A stretch of 64,000 nucleotides of DNA, from contig CAKOLI010000001.1 of the NCBI GenBank assembly GCA_934096265.1, forward strand, positions 77,512 to 141,511, read 5' to 3'. Below are positions 40,286 through 48,960 of this stretch, in pieces; position 1 is the first letter of the stretch, and every line of letters begins with the position of its first letter. The DNA comes from an uncultured Bacilli bacterium (GTDB lineage: Bacteria; Bacillota_I; Bacilli_A; RF39; UBA660). A program made the position numbers and the translations under genes. The notes below the pieces were generated by a model. The model had not been told where the DNA came from and searched no databases. It saw only the letters and a program-made list of their open reading frames with translations.

Positions 40286-41381
40286 TAATGATATCATTGT
40301 TAATGTTACTAAATCATATTTGCCACCATTAGAAGAATATGTTAATGAAATATCAATATTGTGGGAAAATCATTATTTAACTAATTATGGACAATTAAAT
40401 AATAAATTAGTTAATGATATTAAGAATTATTTAAAATTAGATAATATACATTATGTTACCAATGGAACAATATCTTTACAATTAGCTATAAATGCACTGA
40501 ATATAGAATCTGGTGAAATAATAACAACACCGTTTACATATATTGCAACATTATCATCAATATTATGGCAGAGATGTACACCTGTTTTTGTAGATATTAA
40601 TGAGAAAGATTTTAATATTGATGTAACAAAGATTGAAAAAAAGATAACTACTAATACGAAAGCTATAATGGCTGTTCATTGTTTTGGGATTCCTTGTAAT
40701 GTGGTAGAAATTGATAATATTGCTAAAAAAAATAATTTAAAAGTAATATATGATGCAGCACATTCTTTTGGTACTATGCTCAATAATAAATCAGTATTAA
40801 GTTATGGCGATATATCATGTTGTAGCTTTCATGCAACTAAAGTTTTTCACACTATTGAAGGTGGACTCTGTGTTGTTAATAATGATAATGTGAATAAAAA
40901 AATGGAAGCAATAAAAAAATTTGGAATGGAAGATGGAAAATTTGCATACATAGGATTAAATGCGAAAAATTCTGAATTACATGCTGCAATGGGACTTTGT
41001 GTGCTAAGGCATATAGACGAGATAATAAAAATGAGAAAAAGTAAATTCGAATTATATAAAAAAAGTATATCAGATAAAATATATATACCTACATTACCAC
41101 AAAATTTTAAATATAATTATATTTATTTTCCAGTAGTATTTTCAAATGAAAGTCAATTGCTTTTAACTCTAAAACTTTTAAATCAAAAAAATATTTTTCC
41201 AAGAAGATATTTTTATCCATGTGTTAATAGTGCTTCATATATTCAGAAAAGTTATGAGACTCCAATAGCTGAAAGTCTTTCAAAAAGAATTATTTGTCTT
41301 CCATTAGATACTTATATTTCGAATGAAAAAATTATTGAAATTTGCAACATTATTAATAGGGTTATAGAATCTGAAAATTAG
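40272..41381 (+). CDS. DegT/DnrJ/EryC1/StrS-family PLP sugar aminotransferase
   Basis: 369 aa with the SFHATK PLP-lysine motif. Overlaps the rfbB stop. Confidence 0.85.
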   Translation: MKKNNNDIIVNVTKSYLPPLEEYVNEISILWENHYLTNYGQLNNKLVNDIKNYLKLDNIHYVTNGTISLQLAINALNIESGEIITTPFTYIATLSSILWQRCTPVFVDINEKDFNIDVTKIEKKITTNTKAIMAVHCFGIPCNVVEIDNIAKKNNLKVIYDAAHSFGTMLNNKSVLSYGDISCCSFHATKVFHTIEGGLCVVNNDNVNKKMEAIKKFGMEDGKFAYIGLNAKNSELHAAMGLCVLRHIDEIIKMRKSKFELYKKSISDKIYIPTLPQNFKYNYIYFPVVFSNESQLLLTLKLLNQKNIFPRRYFYPCVNSASYIQKSYETPIAESLSKRIICLPLDTYISNEKIIEICNIINRVIESEN

Positions 41382-41458
41382 ATATAATTAAAAATAATAA
41401 TAAACTAAATAAAAAATTAAGTTATTTTAACAAAACTGATTAAAATTTAATCAAAAAG

Positions 41459-41486
41459 TTGACAAAACAAGATTTAATGCTATAAT
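41459..41486 (+). promoter_or_regulatory. consensus sigma-A promoter for ValRS copy 1
   Basis: TTGACA (41459-41464), 16 nt, TGCTATAAT (41478-41486). There is no T-box between it and the ATG at 41521. Confidence 0.7.
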
Positions 41487-41520
41487 AAACAGAAATCTAA
41501 AAATTTAAGGGGGAATACTC

Positions 41521-44010
41521 ATGTTAGGCAAAAGATTTAATCTTGAAAATGAAAAGGAAATGCAAAAATTATGGGAAGAAAAAGAAGCCTATAAATTTAA
41601 AGGTGTAGATGAACGACCAGTTTATTCAGTCGATACACCTCCTCCAACAGTAAGCGGTAAGTTACATGTTGGACATATATTTTCATTCACTCAATCTGAA
41701 ATGCTTGTTAGGTATCACAGATTAAAAGGTGAAAATGTATATTATCCATTTGGATTTGATGACAATGGTTTGCCAACAGAAAGATTGGTTGAAAGAGAAG
41801 AGGGTATATTTGCAAAAGATTTACCTAGAAGTGAATTTATTGAAAAATGTACTGCTACAAAAGATAAATATATTAAAGAATTCCAAGATTTATTTAAGCG
41901 TTTAGGAATCAGTGCTGATTGGGATTTGGGATATGATACTATAAATGAATTGTCTAGAAAAGTTTCACAAAGATCATTTATAGATTTAGTAAAAAAAGGA
42001 AAAGCGTATAGAAAGGAAATGCCAGTTTTATGGTGTCCTTGCTGCCAAACTTCTATTGCACAAGCAGAACTTGAAAATAAAGATGTAAAAAGTTATTTCA
42101 ATTATATTAATTTTTCTGTTGATAATAAAGATTTAGAAATAGCTACAACAAGACCTGAGTTTTTAGGTGGATGTGTTGCAATATTTGTAAATCCTAATGA
42201 TGAAAGATATAAAGATTTAATAGGAAAAACTGCTACTGTTCCGTTATATAATAATCAAGTTCCAATCATTGCAGATGAAAAAGTTGCAATAGACAAAGGT
42301 ACTGGCGCTGTTATGTGCTGTACATTTGGAGATCAAACTGATATGGAATGGCAAAAAGAATATAATCTTCCAATTAAGAAAGTAATGCAGGCTGATGGAA
42401 CAATTAATCCAGAAGTTGCTATAATTGGTGGAATGAAAACGCTTGATGCAAGGATGAAGATTGTTGAAAAATTACAAAAACAAGGTCTATTAGTAAAAAG
42501 TGAAAAAATTGAACATTCTGTAAGTACGCATGAGAGATGTGGAAATGAAATAGAAATAATTAATTCTCCACAATGGTACATTGACATTTTAAGTATAAAA
42601 GATGAATTGATTAAAGCAGCAGATGAAATTAATTGGCATCCAGAATCTATGAAAACTAGATATTTAGATTGGGTTAGCAATTTAAAATGGGATTGGTGCA
42701 TATCAAGGCAAAGATATTTTGGAGTACCATTTCCAGTATGGTATTGTAAAGAATGTGGAGATGTAATGATTTCTGAAGATAAAGAATTACCATTAAATCC
42801 ATTAGAACATAACCCACATGGTGCTTGTAAGTGTGGATGTAAGGAATTTATACCTGAAACTGCTGTAATGGATACATGGGCAACATCATCTGTATCACCA
42901 TTCATTAATATGAAATATGGTGAAGATGACGAAAGAAAATTTTTATATCCTATGAGTATGAGAAGCCATGCACATGAAATAATAAGAACGTGGACATTCT
43001 ATTCAATTGTAAAAAGTTTATATCATACTGGACAAGTACCTTGGAAAGATTTAATGATTTCAGGATTTGTACTTGCTAAAAAAGGCGAGAAAATAAGCAA
43101 ATCTAAAAATAATGCTAAGATGTCTCCTAATGACTTATTAGATACTTATGGTGCTGATATGATAAGATATTGGACTGCATCAAATAAATTAGGAACAGAT
43201 ACATGGTTTGATACAAAAGATATAGAAAGTTCAAAGAGATTTATGAACAAATTATGGAATTCTGCTAAATTTGTAGATATACACATCAAGGATGCTGATT
43301 TAAGTGAAGAAGCAGAATTGCAATCTATTGATAAATGGTTAATCTCTAGATGTCACGAAACATTTGAAAAATATCAACAACAAATGGAAAATTATGAAAT
43401 GGGCTTAGCAAGACAAGAAATTGATAAATTTTTCTGGAACGATTTATGTGATAATTATTTAGAAATGGCAAAAGAAAGATTATATAATCCTGATAATAAA
43501 TATGGAGATTCCCAAAAAGCTGCTCAACAAACTTTAGCAACTGTATTCCTTGAAGTATTAAAAATGTATTCACCTTTTGTTCCACATATTACAGAATATA
43601 TTTATCAAGAATTCTATAAATCTAAACTTAAAGATGAACTTCTTTCTACAAGTAAATTCACAGAGTTACCTTATGATAAAAAATATATAGAATTTGGTGA
43701 TGCAATGAAAAAAGTAGTAGGAGATGTTCGTAAATATAAAACTGAACGTAATTTATCAATGAAAAAACCAATTGAAGAATTGAAAATATCAACGACATTG
43801 GATAATATTAGATGTTTAAGAGATTCAATTTTAGATATTCAAAGTTGTACTCGTGCTGAACATATTGACGTTGAGGAAAGTGATGAAACAGAAGTAACAA
43901 TTACTGGAAGAAATATTGAAGATAGTTACGTAGAAGATGCAATAGATGCACCAGTTCAAGAAGAAGCAAAAGTTATGAAACTTGTTAGAAAAGATAAGAA
44001 AAATCAATAA
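41521..44010 (+). CDS. valS: valine--tRNA ligase, copy 1 (PPPTVSG / CTFGDQTD type)
   Basis: 829 aa. DTPPPTVSGKLHVGHIFSF (HIGH), ATTRPE and GTGAVMCCTFGDQTD in CP1/editing, KISKSKNN (KMSKS), Zn cysteines and an acidic C-terminal tail. Confidence 0.85.
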   Translation: MLGKRFNLENEKEMQKLWEEKEAYKFKGVDERPVYSVDTPPPTVSGKLHVGHIFSFTQSEMLVRYHRLKGENVYYPFGFDDNGLPTERLVEREEGIFAKDLPRSEFIEKCTATKDKYIKEFQDLFKRLGISADWDLGYDTINELSRKVSQRSFIDLVKKGKAYRKEMPVLWCPCCQTSIAQAELENKDVKSYFNYINFSVDNKDLEIATTRPEFLGGCVAIFVNPNDERYKDLIGKTATVPLYNNQVPIIADEKVAIDKGTGAVMCCTFGDQTDMEWQKEYNLPIKKVMQADGTINPEVAIIGGMKTLDARMKIVEKLQKQGLLVKSEKIEHSVSTHERCGNEIEIINSPQWYIDILSIKDELIKAADEINWHPESMKTRYLDWVSNLKWDWCISRQRYFGVPFPVWYCKECGDVMISEDKELPLNPLEHNPHGACKCGCKEFIPETAVMDTWATSSVSPFINMKYGEDDERKFLYPMSMRSHAHEIIRTWTFYSIVKSLYHTGQVPWKDLMISGFVLAKKGEKISKSKNNAKMSPNDLLDTYGADMIRYWTASNKLGTDTWFDTKDIESSKRFMNKLWNSAKFVDIHIKDADLSEEAELQSIDKWLISRCHETFEKYQQQMENYEMGLARQEIDKFFWNDLCDNYLEMAKERLYNPDNKYGDSQKAAQQTLATVFLEVLKMYSPFVPHITEYIYQEFYKSKLKDELLSTSKFTELPYDKKYIEFGDAMKKVVGDVRKYKTERNLSMKKPIEELKISTTLDNIRCLRDSILDIQSCTRAEHIDVEESDETEVTITGRNIEDSYVEDAIDAPVQEEAKVMKLVRKDKKNQ

Positions 44011-44083
44011 AACTTATCTTTTTTTCTGCAATTTATCTAATTTTATTGAATATATAAGGAAAATCTGGTATAATATTTGCAAC

Positions 44084-44311
44084 TGCTGAGAACAAGAGGA
44101 GTAGATTACCAATTTATTATAGAGAGCAAATGTTTGGTGTAAATTTGCATAATAGGTAATTGAAGGTAGCTTGGGAGCATATTTTCTGAACTATTAGTAA
44201 GAAATTACGTATCGCTGCGTTAAAGCATTAAGCTGCATATTAATAAAATAATATGAATTAAGGTGGTACCGTGGACTTCAAGTTCATCCTTTGATTAGGA
44301 TGGGCTTTTTT
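44084..44311 (+). promoter_or_regulatory. T-box riboswitch, probable Val (GUA) specifier
   Basis: Promoter TTGAAT-17-TGGTATAAT (44046-44074). AGAGAG and GGTGTAAA stem-I motifs. Specifier loop UGAAG-GUA-G (GUA at 44166-44168) lies before the CUUG/CAAG helix. T-box GAATTAAGGTGGTACCGTGG. Terminator CATCCT/AGGATG plus a T run. Confidence 0.85.
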
Positions 44312-44332
44312 ATATGAAAGGAAGGAATTAAA

Positions 44333-46750
44333 ATGTTAGATAAGAAGTACAATTCACTTGAAAAAGAAGAAAAATGGTTAAATTATTGGAAAGAAAATAA
44401 AATATATGAATTTAAACCAGATCAAAGAAAGGTATATTCAATAGATACACCTCCTCCAACAGTTAATGGTAAAATACATATTGGGCATATATTTTCTTAT
44501 TCACAAGCAGAAATGATTGCAAGATATAAAAGAATAAGCGGATATAATGTGTTTTATCCATTTGGCTTTGATGATAATGGCCTTCCTAGTGAAAGATTAG
44601 TAGAAAAGGAACAAGGTAAAAAAGCACATGAAATTGGTAGAGAAAACTTCTCTAAATTATGCTATGAAACAACAGACAAATATGAAGCTGAATTTCAAGA
44701 TTTATTCTCTAAACTTGGTGTAAGTACAGATTGGAGTATGCACTATAAAACAGTAAGCCCATCAACAATAAAGATAAGTCAAAATTCATTTTTGGATTTA
44801 ATAGAGAAAGGACATTGTTATCATAAAGAAAGCCCTGCATTATGGTGTAATGAATGCTTAACATCCATTGCTCAGGCTGAATTAGAAACAAAGACCATTA
44901 AAACAACATTTAATTATGTAAATTTTGAAACTGTCGAAGACGGTGAAAAGTTTACTATTGCTACAACAAGACCTGAATTGATGCCTGCCATTGTTTGTGT
45001 ATTTGTAAATCCTAATGATGAGAAGAATAAACATTTAATAGGAAAAACTGCACATATTCCAGTAATTAATGTTGATGTTCCAATTATGGGTGATGAAAAA
45101 GTTGCAATTGATAAGGGTACAGGTATTGTTATGTGCTGTACATTTGGAGATCAAACAGATATAGAATGGTGGAAAAAATATAATTTACCACTTAAATATA
45201 TATTTACAAATGATGGAAAAATAATTGATTCTGTGCCAAATTATGGTGGCTTAAAAATAAAAGAAGCAAGAAAGCAAATCGTAAATGATTTACAAGCAGG
45301 TGGATACATTGTTAAAATTGAAGAGTTAGAACATGAAGTACAAACACATGAAAGATGTGGCAGAGAAGTAGAATATACGTTAATGAAACAATGGTTTATT
45401 GATATAATGAGCCATAAAGAAGATTTCTTGAGAATTGGAAATGAAATTAATTGGTATCCGTCACACATGCACAACAGATATGAAGAATGGGTTAATAATG
45501 TTGCATGGGATTGGTGCATATCAAGACAAAGATATTTTGGTGTACCATTTCCAGTATGGTACTGTAAAGAATGTGGTGAACCTATATTTGTATCAAAAGA
45601 ACAATTACCTGTTAATCCGTTAACTGATACTCCACCAGTTGAAAAATGTTCTAAGTGTGGCTGTAAAGAGTTTATACCTGAATCCGATGTTATGGATACG
45701 TGGGCAACTTCATCAGTTACACCACTTATTAATATGAAATATGGCGAAAAAGATAATTACGAATCTATTTTAAAACCTATGAGTTTGCGTAGTAATGCGT
45801 CTGAAATAATAAGAACTTGGGATTTTTATACTATTGTAAAAAGTTATTATCATTTTGGTATTAGACCTTGGGATAATGTTATGATTTCAGGATTCGTAAT
45901 GGCAAACAAAGGTGAAAAAATAAGTAAAAGTAAGGGAAATTCAAAAGTTGAGCCTTTAGATTTAATAAAACGATATTCTGCAGATGTTGTAAGATATTGG
46001 GCTGCATCTGGAAGGTTAGGAACAGACATTACATATAGTGAAGAAACATTACTTCGTGGTAAAAAATTAGTTAATAAAATATGGAATGTTTCTAAATTAA
46101 TTCAAATGCACCTTCAAGATTATCAAGATAAAGACTTTGATGATTTTGAATATGTTGATAAATGGATCTTAGGTAACTTTATTAAGATGGAAAAAGAATA
46201 TATAAAATATTTAGATAATTATGAAATAGGATTAGCTTTAAATATTTTAGAAAAGTTTTTCTGGAATTTCTGTGATAACTATATAGAAATTGTTAAACAT
46301 AGATTGTATAGACCAGAAGAATTCGGTGAAAAGGCAAGATACTCTGGACAAAAAACTGTCTATATGTTACTTTATAAATTATTACAAGATTTTAGCGTTT
46401 TCTTCCCATTCATTACTGAAGAAATATATCAAGACATATATCATGATATGAAATCAATACATATTACTGAAATTAAACCTTTAAATTACTCATTTGATGA
46501 TGAAATGTTGAATGGTGATTTAATGTGTGAAATAATAAGTGCAGTAAGAGGTGAAAAGTCTAGTAACAATTTATCATTAAAAACAACTGTTAAGAAATTA
46601 GATATAGATTGTTCAGCTGGCATAAAAGATGCAATTAAGCAATCTGAGAAAGATTTTAAAGCAACATTATTTATAGAAAAATTAATTTTAAATGACATAG
46701 AAAAAGACTATAAAATTAATAAAGTTGTTTTAGATACTGAAAATTCATAA
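44333..46750 (+). CDS. valS: valine--tRNA ligase, copy 2 (T-box regulated)
   Basis: 805 aa. DTPPPTVNGKIHIGHIFSY, ATTRPE, GTGIVMCCTFGDQTD and KISKSKGN. Roughly 55-60 percent identical to copy 1 by eye. Confidence 0.88.
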   Translation: MLDKKYNSLEKEEKWLNYWKENKIYEFKPDQRKVYSIDTPPPTVNGKIHIGHIFSYSQAEMIARYKRISGYNVFYPFGFDDNGLPSERLVEKEQGKKAHEIGRENFSKLCYETTDKYEAEFQDLFSKLGVSTDWSMHYKTVSPSTIKISQNSFLDLIEKGHCYHKESPALWCNECLTSIAQAELETKTIKTTFNYVNFETVEDGEKFTIATTRPELMPAIVCVFVNPNDEKNKHLIGKTAHIPVINVDVPIMGDEKVAIDKGTGIVMCCTFGDQTDIEWWKKYNLPLKYIFTNDGKIIDSVPNYGGLKIKEARKQIVNDLQAGGYIVKIEELEHEVQTHERCGREVEYTLMKQWFIDIMSHKEDFLRIGNEINWYPSHMHNRYEEWVNNVAWDWCISRQRYFGVPFPVWYCKECGEPIFVSKEQLPVNPLTDTPPVEKCSKCGCKEFIPESDVMDTWATSSVTPLINMKYGEKDNYESILKPMSLRSNASEIIRTWDFYTIVKSYYHFGIRPWDNVMISGFVMANKGEKISKSKGNSKVEPLDLIKRYSADVVRYWAASGRLGTDITYSEETLLRGKKLVNKIWNVSKLIQMHLQDYQDKDFDDFEYVDKWILGNFIKMEKEYIKYLDNYEIGLALNILEKFFWNFCDNYIEIVKHRLYRPEEFGEKARYSGQKTVYMLLYKLLQDFSVFFPFITEEIYQDIYHDMKSIHITEIKPLNYSFDDEMLNGDLMCEIISAVRGEKSSNNLSLKTTVKKLDIDCSAGIKDAIKQSEKDFKATLFIEKLILNDIEKDYKINKVVLDTENS

Positions 46751-46792
46751 TACCTATAAAATTAAATAATTGTAATAAGTTAGGGGATGTTT

Positions 46793-47475
46793 ATGATAAG
46801 CAACAATTCTAATTTTGGATATGATAAGTATCACAGAAAAAAACAATTAAAGAATTTAATTTAAATCAAACTATGTATTCTTTGGTAACAGGTGAAAGTA
46901 AAGATGATTTAGATTTAAAAGCAACAGGCTTTATGGGAAACAATATGAGTTATAATGATTTAATAATATCAGCAGACAAATTAGCCCAAGTCTTCTATAA
47001 TATTGGAATAAAAAATGGAGATAATGTGGCAATATTGACTATAAGTATGCCAATAGTTTAACAGTCATTGTTATCTCTTTCCAAAATTGGGGCTACTATG
47101 TCTTGGATAGACCTGAGATCTAAACCGAAAGATGTAGTAAGATACATTAATAGTAGTAATTGTAAAACAATAATAGTGTTTGAAGATATGCTTCCATTAA
47201 TAGAGCCAATAATAGATGAAAATGATGTCAAAAAAGTTGTGATAAGTTCACCAAAAAGATTATTTATCTCCTGTTGTTAAGATGCTAGCTACATTAAAAG
47301 GTAAGAAAGACGGTGAAAAAGTGGTATTAACAAAAATACGATTCCTATGTTAGAGGGTATTAAAATAGATGGTTATGCTATGATTAGACCAATATTAGCA
47401 CAGGGAAATATTATTGATTCTACTAAAAAAATAAAAAGATTAATATATAATAATAAAAAATCTTTAGATGTTTAA
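46793..47475 (+). pseudogene. adenylate-forming (AMP-binding) enzyme, decayed
   Basis: N-terminal acyl-CoA-ligase-like segments (track ORFs 46873..47061 and 47068..47280) share a frame and are split by a TAA at 47059-47061. A frameshift lies near 47270 (...PVVKMLATLKGKKDG...). The C-terminal tail IPMLEGIKIDGYAM is joined directly, so the central ~300 codons are missing. Confidence 0.6.
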
Positions 47476-47478
47476 GAT

Positions 47479-47910
47479 CTAATGATTTTTTATTATTTCA
47501 TCAACAGAACAATTAAAGTTTTTTGCTAATTTATAAATATAAACTGTTGGTATTAATATTATTCCTAATTCATATTGAGTATAAGCTGATACTGAAATTT
47601 TTAAAATTTTCGCAATCTCTTTTTGAGTTAGATTTACTTTTTTTCTTAATAAACGCAAATTATTTCCAATCACTTTGATAGTTATATTTTTAACTGGATA
47701 TTCAAAATTATTGATTTTTGACAGTCCAGTTATGTAATCAATGCTACATTTATAATAATTACTTAATAAAAATAATTTTCTTAGTGGAATTATATTAGTT
47801 CCTAATTCCCATCCTGTATATGTAGTTCTACTAACTCCCAATATTTTTGCTATTTCTTCTTGAGTTAGGCTGTTTTCTAATCTCAATTTTTTGATATTTT
47901 TGAACTTCAT
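47479..47910 (-). CDS. XRE-family regulator with two tandem HTH domains
   Basis: LTQEEIAKILGVSRTTYTGWELG and LTQKEIAKILKISVSAYTQYELG. Confidence 0.8.
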   Translation of the reverse strand: MKFKNIKKLRLENSLTQEEIAKILGVSRTTYTGWELGTNIIPLRKLFLLSNYYKCSIDYITGLSKINNFEYPVKNITIKVIGNNLRLLRKKVNLTQKEIAKILKISVSAYTQYELGIILIPTVYIYKLAKNFNCSVDEIIKNH

Positions 47911-47920
47911 ATTTTCTCCA

Positions 47921-48367
47921 TTAGTTTAAATCTTTGTCTTTAGTTCTACCAACTATCCAATCCATTGAAATTTTATATTTTTTGCATATAGTGTAGATAG
48001 TTATTGTGTTGACTAAGTAATTACCAGTTTCGTAACCACTATAAGTTGTTTGAGATATGTTACAATCATCTGCTAATTTTTGTTGTGAAATATTTAATTC
48101 TTTTCTTAAATTTTTTAAGTTTTTACCGATTTTATTTTTATCACACTCAATTTTAGGATATTTTTTATTTTTTCTTGTAAGACCGGAAATATAATCTAAT
48201 GAATAACCATATAAATTAGAAAATCTAATAAGTTTATTAAAAGGTATGGTATCACCAGCAGTCTCCCATCCTGAAATTGTTTGTTTTGTTACTCCAAAGA
48301 TGTATCCTAATTCTGTTTGAGTCATTTCTAATTCTTCTCTACAAAATTTTATATTGTTGTTATACAT
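47921..48367 (-). CDS. XRE-family regulator with two tandem HTH domains (paralogue)
   Basis: MTQTELGYIFGVTKQTISGWE and ISQQKLADDCNISQTTYSGYETG. Confidence 0.8.
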   Translation of the reverse strand: MYNNNIKFCREELEMTQTELGYIFGVTKQTISGWETAGDTIPFNKLIRFSNLYGYSLDYISGLTRKNKKYPKIECDKNKIGKNLKNLRKELNISQQKLADDCNISQTTYSGYETGNYLVNTITIYTICKKYKISMDWIVGRTKDKDLN

Positions 48368-48489
48368 ATAACCACCATTCTAATTTTCCCATTTAATTCA
48401 AAATTATTAACAAAAGTACGGGACGCTCGCTTAAAGTGTGATGTAATAGTATTAGCAGTACAAATTTTTAAAAGTTTAGGAGGTGAAAA

Positions 48490-48771
48490 GTGAGATATAG
48501 TTTGGGTGATTATATTAAAACTATAGTAATTAGTTTACTTATATTTTCACTATCATTAATAATTTTTATGATTTTGCAATTCAATTACAATTTAGGAATA
48601 AGTTATTGTAATAAAAATGATATTCCATCGAACTTTGTATTACCAGTTAGTGGGGTTCCTTTTATATTTGGAATGACTTTTATTTTGCTTTTTTTTGAAA
48701 GTATTGGTGTATATTATTTAGGAAAAATATTAAAAAGAATTCCATTCATAAAATTAATTTGTAAATATTAA
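48490..48771 (+). CDS. small hydrophobic membrane protein
   Basis: GTG start after AGGAGGTG. Two to three TM segments. Divergent from the XRE pair. Confidence 0.45.
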   Translation: MRYSLGDYIKTIVISLLIFSLSLIIFMILQFNYNLGISYCNKNDIPSNFVLPVSGVPFIFGMTFILLFFESIGVYYLGKILKRIPFIKLICKY

Positions 48772-48774
48772 AGT

Positions 48775-48960
48775 GTGGTGGTTAATGTGAGAAAAAATGA
48801 TGATGTAAAGTTTTATCTAGTATTGTTAGTGATACAAATAATGCTATCAATTATATATACAATTTATATAATTATAGATGAAAGAAGAAAGTGGAAGAGA
48901 AGGGAAATTTTTAAATATACACTTAGATATTGTATATTTGTAAATGATGTGAAACAATAA
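48775..48960 (+). CDS. small single-TM protein, 3' end replaced by the IS insertion
   Basis: TM YLVLLVIQIMLSIIYTIYIII. The last 5 codons and the stop lie inside the IS left end. Without the IS the frame would continue across 50168 onward. Confidence 0.4.
   Translation: MVVNVRKNDDVKFYLVLLVIQIMLSIIYTIYIIIDERRKWKRREIFKYTLRYCIFVNDVKQ

Noticed and set aside
44161-44170. Alternative reading of the island T-box specifier as GGU (Gly), by analogy with the glyQS GAA-GGC-A pattern.
   Set aside because: With the closing helix CUUG/CAAG, the triplet directly followed by the conserved purine and the helix is GUA (Val). That matches the downstream gene. The ambiguity should still be settled with a covariance-model alignment.
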